Below, one piece after another: positions 57,987 through 64,000 of a stretch of DNA of 64,000 nt (position 1 is its first letter; each line of letters opens with the position of its first letter). The position numbers and the translations under genes are program-made. This DNA is from Polyangiaceae bacterium. Lineage in GTDB: Bacteria > Myxococcota_A > Polyangia > Polyangiales > Polyangiaceae. The stretch spans positions 32,001 to 96,000 of the forward strand of contig JAPSGB010000010.1 of NCBI GenBank assembly GCA_035063585.1, in the 5' to 3' direction. A model generated the notes under the pieces. It saw only the letters and a list, made by a program, of their open reading frames with translations, was not told where the DNA came from and did not search any database.

Positions 57987-60647
57987 CTAGCGGCGCTCGG
58001 CGAGGTAGTCGAGGCAGGTCGCGACCAGCGCCGTCCAGCCCGTCTGGTGGCTCGCGCCGAGGCCACGGCCGGTGTCGCCGTGAAAGTGCTCGTAAAAGAG
58101 GATGAGCTCGCGGAAGGCCGGGTCGGTCGCGTAGCGCGTCTCTTCGCCGTGGCACGGCCGCGCGCCCCGCTCATCGGCCAGGAACAAGCGGACCAGCCGC
58201 GCCGCGAGCTCATCGGCGACCGCGCCGAGGGTCATCATCCGCCCCGAGCCCGTGGGGCACTCGACCTCGAGCGACTCACCGTAAAACCCGTGGTAGCGCC
58301 GGAGCGCCTGGATCAAGAGAAAATTCACCGGGAACCAGATGGGCCCGCGCCAGTTCGAGTTTCCACCGAACATCCCGGTGGTGCTCTCGCCCGGCACATA
58401 CTCGACGCGGTGCTCCTGCCCCTGCAAGTCGAAGACGTACGGGTGAGCCTCGTGCGCCTTGCTGAGTGAGCGCACGCCGAAGGGTGACAGGAATTCGTTC
58501 TCGTCGAGCACGTAGCGGAGCACGCCGAGCAGCCGCTCCTTCGAGGGGACGGCGAGCAGCCGGTGCGCGCCTGCGTCGGCGGTGCGGCGGTCCATACAGG
58601 CGATGTGCTTGCTCAGATCCGGGCGGTTCGCGAGAAACCACCGCATGCGCTTCTTGAAGCCGGGCAGCGCGTCGATGAGCTCGTCGTCGAGCACGGTGGC
58701 GGCAAAGAGCGGGATGATCCCGACCATCGACCGGGTGCGGAGCGGGATCACCTCGCCGTTCACGTGGAGCTGGTCATAGTAGAAGCCGTCGTGCGCGTCC
58801 CAGAGCCCGGAGCCGCGGAACTCGTTCATGGCGTCGACGATGGCCACGAAATGCTCGAAGAATTTCGACGCCATGTCGCCGTATGCCGAATCGTAGCGGG
58901 CGAGCTCGAGCGCGATCTCGAGCATGGTCGCCGAGTAGAACGCCATCCACGCGGTCCCGTCCGCCTGCTCGATGTGCCCACCGGTCGGGAGCGTGACCGA
59001 CCGATCGAAGACCCCGATGTTGTCGAGGCCGAGGAAGCCGCCGCCGAAGAGGTTGTTCCCCTCTTCGTCCGTGCGGTTCACCCACCAGGTAAAGTTGAGG
59101 AGCAGTTTCTGGAAGACACGCGCGAGAAAGGTGCGGTCGGGCCGCCCGGCGCGGAGCGTCGCGTGATAGACCATCCACGCGCTCCAGGCGTGCACCGGCG
59201 GGTTCACGTCGTGAAAGGCGAATTCGTAAGCCGGGATCTGCCCGTTCGGGTGCATGTACCACTCGCGCAGAAAGAGCACGAGCTGGTGCTTGGCGAACTC
59301 GGGGTCGATGCTCGAGAGCGGGACCATGTGGAACGCGAGATCCCAGGCCGCATACCAGGGGTACTCCCACTTGTCCGGCATGCTCAGGAGATCGCGGTTA
59401 TAGAGGAGCGGCCACTCGGAGTTGCGGCCGTGCTTCCGGCTCTCGGGCGGCGGCGGGAACGCCGGGTCGCCGTCGAGCCAGTCCCCGATGACATAGTGGT
59501 AGTACTGCTCGCTCTGGAGGAGCCCGGCGTAAGCCTGCCGCGCGACCTGGCGCTCCTCGGGGGTGAGCGTCGGCGCGAGCACCTCGTCGTAGAACTCGTC
59601 CGCCTCGCGTCGGCGCGCGTCGAGCGCCGCGTCGAAGCTCGCGTCGAAGGGAGCGCCACGGTGGGCGCTCTCCGCGGTCAGGCGCAGGCGCAGTCGCACC
59701 GCGCCGCCGGCCGCGACGCTCAAGCAATGATGAACCGCCGCTTTGGTGCCCGGCCCGGTCGTGCTCGCGGCGCGATGGTCGCCCGTCACCAGGTACTCGT
59801 GAAACCCGTCCTTGACGAGCCCCGAGTTCTCGCCGCCGAAGAGGCGGGCGAAGTTGGTCTCGTTGTCGGTGAAGAGGACGGGGGGCTCGCTCTCGCCGGC
59901 AGCCTCGAAGTGGAGGCGCATGAGCCCGAGCGAGGCGTGCTCCGCGGTGAGCTCGCCGGGGCCCGAGCGGATGATGCTCGGCTTCGGCCAGTACCCCTCG
60001 CCCTCGCGGCCCCACGACCAGGTGTTGCGGAACCAGAGCGTCGGGAGCACGTGGAGGGTCGCCGGCTCGGGGCCGCGGTTCGTGATGGTGAGCACGACGA
60101 GGATGTCCTCGGGGCTCGCCTTCGCGTACTCGACCTCTACGTCGAAATATCGATTCTCGTCGAATACGCCGGTGTCCGCGAGCTCGTACTCGCGCTCGCT
60201 GCGCGAGCGGCGCGCGTTCTCTCGCACCAAGTCTCCATATGGAAATTCACGCTGCGGGTATTTGTAGAGGCTGCGGAGGTGCGAGTGGGTCGGCGTCGCG
60301 TCGAGGTAGTAGTAGCACTCCTTGACGTCCTCTCCGTGGTTGCCTTCCGGGCCGGTGAGGCCGAAGAGGCGCTCCTTCAGGATGGGATCCTTGCCGTTCC
60401 AGAGCGCGAGCGCGAAGGCGAGGCGGCACTGGCGGTCACAGATTCCGAAGAGCCCGTCTTCGCCCCAGCGGTAGGCGCGGCTCCGCGCGTGATCGTGAGG
60501 GAAGTAGTCCCAGCAGGTGCCGTCCGGCGAGTAGTCCTCTCGCACCGTGCCCCACTGGCGCTCGGAGAGGTACGGCCCCCAGCGCTTCCAGTTCTTCTCG
60601 CGCCGTGAGTCCTCCGCGAGTCGCGTCGCCTCGATCGAGCGTGCCAC
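57987..60647 (-). CDS. GH63 (MGH1-like) glycoside hydrolase / glucosidase
   Basis: [52 protein letters not shown] and GASHQTGWT motifs. Confidence 0.93.
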   Translation of the reverse strand: MARSIEATRLAEDSRREKNWKRWGPYLSERQWGTVREDYSPDGTCWDYFPHDHARSRAYRWGEDGLFGICDRQCRLAFALALWNGKDPILKERLFGLTGPEGNHGEDVKECYYYLDATPTHSHLRSLYKYPQREFPYGDLVRENARRSRSEREYELADTGVFDENRYFDVEVEYAKASPEDILVVLTITNRGPEPATLHVLPTLWFRNTWSWGREGEGYWPKPSIIRSGPGELTAEHASLGLMRLHFEAAGESEPPVLFTDNETNFARLFGGENSGLVKDGFHEYLVTGDHRAASTTGPGTKAAVHHCLSVAAGGAVRLRLRLTAESAHRGAPFDASFDAALDARRREADEFYDEVLAPTLTPEERQVARQAYAGLLQSEQYYHYVIGDWLDGDPAFPPPPESRKHGRNSEWPLLYNRDLLSMPDKWEYPWYAAWDLAFHMVPLSSIDPEFAKHQLVLFLREWYMHPNGQIPAYEFAFHDVNPPVHAWSAWMVYHATLRAGRPDRTFLARVFQKLLLNFTWWVNRTDEEGNNLFGGGFLGLDNIGVFDRSVTLPTGGHIEQADGTAWMAFYSATMLEIALELARYDSAYGDMASKFFEHFVAIVDAMNEFRGSGLWDAHDGFYYDQLHVNGEVIPLRTRSMVGIIPLFAATVLDDELIDALPGFKKRMRWFLANRPDLSKHIACMDRRTADAGAHRLLAVPSKERLLGVLRYVLDENEFLSPFGVRSLSKAHEAHPYVFDLQGQEHRVEYVPGESTTGMFGGNSNWRGPIWFPVNFLLIQALRRYHGFYGESLEVECPTGSGRMMTLGAVADELAARLVRLFLADERGARPCHGEETRYATDPAFRELILFYEHFHGDTGRGLGASHQTGWTALVATCLDYLAERR

Positions 60648-60663
60648 TCTCCGTCTCCCTTGC

Positions 60664-61668
60664 TCAGGCGCCGGGCGCCATGGCGCGGAGGAACATCTCC
60701 ACGATTTGCCAGGGCATCCCGGTCGGGAGGTTCAAAATCGGGAGATCGACGCCGAAGCTGCGGCGCCGGCGGAGCTCCTCCACGCAGTAGGCCGGCTCGC
60801 CGGCGATGGCGAGCGCCTCGATCATGCGGTCCGGCACCGCGTCGGTCGCCTGCGAGCGGGTGGCATGGTCGGCGTAGAGCTCGGCGATGCGCTTGCAGTC
60901 GTCCCCGTAGCCGAAGCGCGTGAGGAGCTCGATGTAGTAGTCGCCCATCCCGCCGATGTAAAAGGCGATGATGCTCTTCGCCATGTAGGCCGCGCCGTCG
61001 CCGCCCATCGGCAGCGCGGTGGTGAAGGGAGCGCAGGTGATCTGCTTGGGATCGCGCCCGGCGCGCGCCGCGCCCGCGGCGATCCACTCGAGCCCGTCGC
61101 GGTAGTTGGCGTAAGGCCAGAAGGTCGGCAGCCAGCCGTCCGCGAGCTCGCCGATCGACTCGATCGCCTTCTGTTTGAGCGCGGCGACGTAGATCGGGAT
61201 CTCGCGCCTGGTGGGCGTCATCTCCAGCTTGAACGGACGATACTCGGCGTTCTCGGCGCCGGCCTCGGTCAGGCGCTTGCCCGCGAGGAGCGCCCGCACC
61301 ACCCGGATGACGTCCCGCGTCTGGGTGAGCGGCTTCTTGAACTCGCGCGCGTGAAACCCCTCGATGACCCGCTTCCCGCTGGTGCCAATGCCGAGGATGA
61401 GCCGCCCCTCGCTGATCTCGTCGACGGTGGCCGCGCTCATTGCCAAGAGCCCGGGCGAGCGGCTGAACACGTTGGCGATGCCCGTGCCGAGCTTGATCCG
61501 CTTGGTCTTCAAGGCGAGCTCGGTGAGCAAGCTGAAGAGCTCGTAGCCCCAGGCCTCGGGGATCCAGAAGGAGTCGTAGCCGAGGTCGTCGGCGAGCTCG
61601 GCCGCGCGGACGTAGAGCTTGCGGTCGTAGTTCTTCCAGAAAGCGAGCGCGCCGATACGTTCGGTCAT
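60664..61668 (-). CDS. Luciferase-like monooxygenase (LLM) class flavin/F420-dependent oxidoreductase
   Basis: [33 protein letters not shown] and ELADGW motifs. Confidence 0.9.
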   Translation of the reverse strand: MTERIGALAFWKNYDRKLYVRAAELADDLGYDSFWIPEAWGYELFSLLTELALKTKRIKLGTGIANVFSRSPGLLAMSAATVDEISEGRLILGIGTSGKRVIEGFHAREFKKPLTQTRDVIRVVRALLAGKRLTEAGAENAEYRPFKLEMTPTRREIPIYVAALKQKAIESIGELADGWLPTFWPYANYRDGLEWIAAGAARAGRDPKQITCAPFTTALPMGGDGAAYMAKSIIAFYIGGMGDYYIELLTRFGYGDDCKRIAELYADHATRSQATDAVPDRMIEALAIAGEPAYCVEELRRRRSFGVDLPILNLPTGMPWQIVEMFLRAMAPGA

Positions 61669-61729
61669 GACCCGGGAGAATAGACCAGGCGCGCGCCCGC
61701 GCGGAAGCGCGCCCGCGCGGCGCCGGCCC

Positions 61730-62716
61730 TCACGGCTCGAGCCGAGGACGCCCGCGCCATTTCGCGGGAATTTTGAGCTCCTGGCCGATACGGAGCGGAG
61801 CCCGTGGGACGATTCCGTTCTCTTCGCACAGCGTCCGCACGGTGACGTCGTACTTGCGCGCGAGACCGCTCAGGGTGTCGCCGCGCTCGACCACGTGCAC
61901 CTTCGGCGCCGCCTTGCCGCCCTGCTGCTTGGGGCGCTGCCGCTTCACGAGTTCGTCGCCCGCGCCGCCCCGGCAGCAGCGAAAACCGATCGAGTAGTCG
62001 TGGTACTTCGTGTCGTGGGCGGTGGTGAGATAGCCGCAGCCGTCGCCGTTCAGGTGATTGTCGAGGTAGTAGCCGCCGCGGAAGGCGCCGCCGGGGTTCG
62101 CCGTCCACTCGTGGAGGTTTCCGACCATGTCGAAGGTGCCGTACGAGGAGCGGCAGCGCGAGAAGCTGCCCGTGCGAGCCACCGAGCCCTTCACCTGGTT
62201 CAGGCGCGGGTCGTTCATCGCGTCCATACCGAAGGTCGAGAGCGAGTCGTCGGCGCCGTGGAGCAGACGAAGCGGCGAGACCCCGGCGTCGTTGCAGCGC
62301 CCTTCCACGCGCTCGTCGCCGTAGGGATAGAGGGTCGGGCTCTTGCCCTTGCAGGCGGTCAACCACTCCTGGTCCGTGCAGAGCCGCTTGCCGGCGTTCT
62401 CGCAGGCTGCGGCGGCCTCCACCTGGCTGAGATATGCCTGCGGCACGACGCCGCGGCGGCTCCGCGCGGCGAGCCGCTCGGCGGGCTTCTGCGTGTGATA
62501 GGGCGAGTGCTTGCGGAGGGTCCGCCCGCGCGCGTCGACGACGTCGGTGCTCGCTTCGTAGCGGTCGATGCAAAACTCGCCCTTCACGCTCGCCATGCCG
62601 GCGAGGCAGGTGACGCCGCGCGCGGTGGCGGTCGGCGCGGCCGCGGCGAGGCCGGCGACTCCGACGAGGAGCGCGAAGGCGAGGGCGCGGCCGTTCATCC
62701 TCCCGAGGCATGTCAT
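61730..62716 (-). CDS. Exported FGE-sulfatase (SUMF1-like, C-type lectin fold) domain protein with a C-terminal LysM domain
   Basis: [28 protein letters not shown] and GFRCC; Lys[17 protein letters not shown]...[10 protein letters not shown]; alternative start at 62698. Confidence 0.88.
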   Translation of the reverse strand: MTCLGRMNGRALAFALLVGVAGLAAAAPTATARGVTCLAGMASVKGEFCIDRYEASTDVVDARGRTLRKHSPYHTQKPAERLAARSRRGVVPQAYLSQVEAAAACENAGKRLCTDQEWLTACKGKSPTLYPYGDERVEGRCNDAGVSPLRLLHGADDSLSTFGMDAMNDPRLNQVKGSVARTGSFSRCRSSYGTFDMVGNLHEWTANPGGAFRGGYYLDNHLNGDGCGYLTTAHDTKYHDYSIGFRCCRGGAGDELVKRQRPKQQGGKAAPKVHVVERGDTLSGLARKYDVTVRTLCEENGIVPRAPLRIGQELKIPAKWRGRPRLEP

Positions 62717-62756
62717 GTAGCGCGCGCGAGCGCCAACCCTCGGCGCTCCGCGGGTG

Positions 62757-63113
62757 TCACTTCAGGGGATCACAACGCCAGGCTACCCCGTCGATTCGGT
62801 AGTTCCCGGTCACGCAAGCCGCGGCGCTCACGCTCACCACGCGCGAGGCGTTGGCGTCGAGGGACACCCGAAGCGTACGCCGATCGCGCCCGGTCACCTG
62901 GCCCTTGTCGTCTTGGCAGGTGACGGTGGCGCTCAGCGAGCACGAGTATCGCAGCTCGCACGAGTTCGAGAAGCCATAGTCGAGCCCGCGCTCGACGCTC
63001 GACTGGTGGACCGTGACGCAGCTCTCCTCCTCCGCCTCGGCGCGCGCGCCGGGGCTCCCGGCAATCACGCACAAACCCAGCGCGAACGGCACGAACAGAC
63101 GATCCAGGCGCAT
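62757..63113 (-). CDS. Small exported Cys-rich hypothetical protein
   Basis: GGAGGAGG RBS, signal peptide (ARA-E), six Cys in the mature part. Confidence 0.68.
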   Translation of the reverse strand: MRLDRLFVPFALGLCVIAGSPGARAEAEEESCVTVHQSSVERGLDYGFSNSCELRYSCSLSATVTCQDDKGQVTGRDRRTLRVSLDANASRVVSVSAAACVTGNYRIDGVAWRCDPLK

Positions 63114-63302
63114 GGCGGCCTCCTCCGGTGACAGGACCTCGTGGGCGCCGCGCATCGGCTCGCCGAGGCGGCCGTCAGCGAGGCGAGGATGACATCATGA
63201 GACAACGAGCCCTCGGGGGAGTTCCGGGAAATCCGCCGAGCCGCGCGCGGCGCGTGACCCCCCGCGCGCGGCGCGCTACATGGCTCGGAAGGAGGCACTA
63301 GG

Positions 63303-64000
63303 GTGCTCGATCTCGAACGACTCAAGCGCATCGAGCTGAGCCCGCGGCCGCGCGGGCAGATCCTGATCGCGAACCTCGGGCTCGTCTTCGACTACCGCTT
63401 CCCGAGGAAGACCGAGATCGTGCTCGAGGGCAAGGAGCGGCTGCCGAAGGGCGGGGCGTTCCTCGCCATGAACCACACCGATCGGTATAACTACTGGCCG
63501 CTCCAGTACGGGATGTACCGCGAGGGCCTCGCCTTCACCGCGACCTGGGTGAAGGGGAAGTACTACGAGAATCGGTTCTTGGGTCGGTTCATGGACTCGA
63601 CCAACAACATCCCGACGCCGTCGCGCGGGTACGTGATAACGACCGAGTTTCGGAAATTCGCCGGCCGGCCGCCGAACGACGATGAGTACCGAGTGCTCCG
63701 GGATCTCATCGACGGCAAGCGCGCGCCGGGCGAGCCGCTCCCCGATGACGCGAGCGACGCGGTGCGAGGCTTTCTCGGCGGCGAGCCGGGCGCGTTCCTC
63801 GAGCGCTTCGACGCGCTCTTCTCCGAGATGCTCCGCGAGGTCATCGAGCTCAACCGCCGCGCCATCGAGGAGCTCCACCTCAGCGTGCTCGTGTTCCCGC
63901 AGGGGACCCGCTCGAAGCGGCTCTCGCGCGGGCACACGGGGCTCGCGCAGATGGCGCAGTACCTCGGCGCGCCGATCATCCCCATCGGTTGTAACGGCAG
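63303..64000 (+). CDS. PlsC-like lysophospholipid acyltransferase family protein (runs off the window end)
   Basis: Own translation from GTG 63303 (GGAGG RBS): ...LEGKERLP...LAMNHTDRYN...LVFPQGTRS...APIIPIG; not in the ORF track because no stop codon is inside the window. Confidence 0.82.
   Translation, partial: MLDLERLKRIELSPRPRGQILIANLGLVFDYRFPRKTEIVLEGKERLPKGGAFLAMNHTDRYNYWPLQYGMYREGLAFTATWVKGKYYENRFLGRFMDSTNNIPTPSRGYVITTEFRKFAGRPPNDDEYRVLRDLIDGKRAPGEPLPDDASDAVRGFLGGEPGAFLERFDALFSEMLREVIELNRRAIEELHLSVLVFPQGTRSKRLSRGHTGLAQMAQYLGAPIIPIGCNG

Noticed and set aside
61730..62716. Possible diversity-generating retroelement target (CLec/FGE fold)
   Set aside because: No reverse transcriptase and no template-repeat copy of the 3' region seen in the window.
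63280..63339. ATG at 63280 as the acyltransferase start
   Set aside because: That frame stops after 19 codons; the real frame starts at GTG 63303 behind GGAGG.

Overview
Very GC-rich, gene-dense chromosomal window. Gene content (eukaryote-like Ser/Thr kinases with PEGA-like tails, CdnL, Gly-linker lipoproteins, many TPR proteins) points to a Myxococcota genome, probably Polyangiales-like; this is an inference. About 55 CDSs are supported. They include housekeeping and RNA-modification genes (tyrS, IHF/HU, lipB, mnmA, tilS, ftsH, CCA enzyme, aat, trmO), signalling genes (orphan histidine kinase, REC-GAF-HD-GYP, two kinases, FliA-like and ECF sigma factors) and envelope proteins. I see no rRNA, tRNA, CRISPR array, transposase or integrase. 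Most notable: (1) a coupled four-gene operon of C39-like peptidase, RimK-like ATP-grasp ligase, glutamate-cysteine-ligase-like enzyme and N-formylglutamate amidohydrolase-like enzyme, resembling an uncharacterised peptide ligation/removal system; (2) an RlmD-type methyltransferase fused to an apparently dead RluA pseudouridine synthase domain; (3) an ABC-type operon whose ATPase has lost all nucleotide motifs; (4) a FliA-like sigma gene followed by an orphan T3SS needle/rod-like gene with a sigma28-like promoter; (5) a beta-integrin-like VWA lipoprotein with Ca-binding repeats; (6) an acyltransferase with acid-to-amide swaps in two catalytic motifs. All calls come from reading motifs by eye. 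No database searches were run, and several start codons are best estimates.
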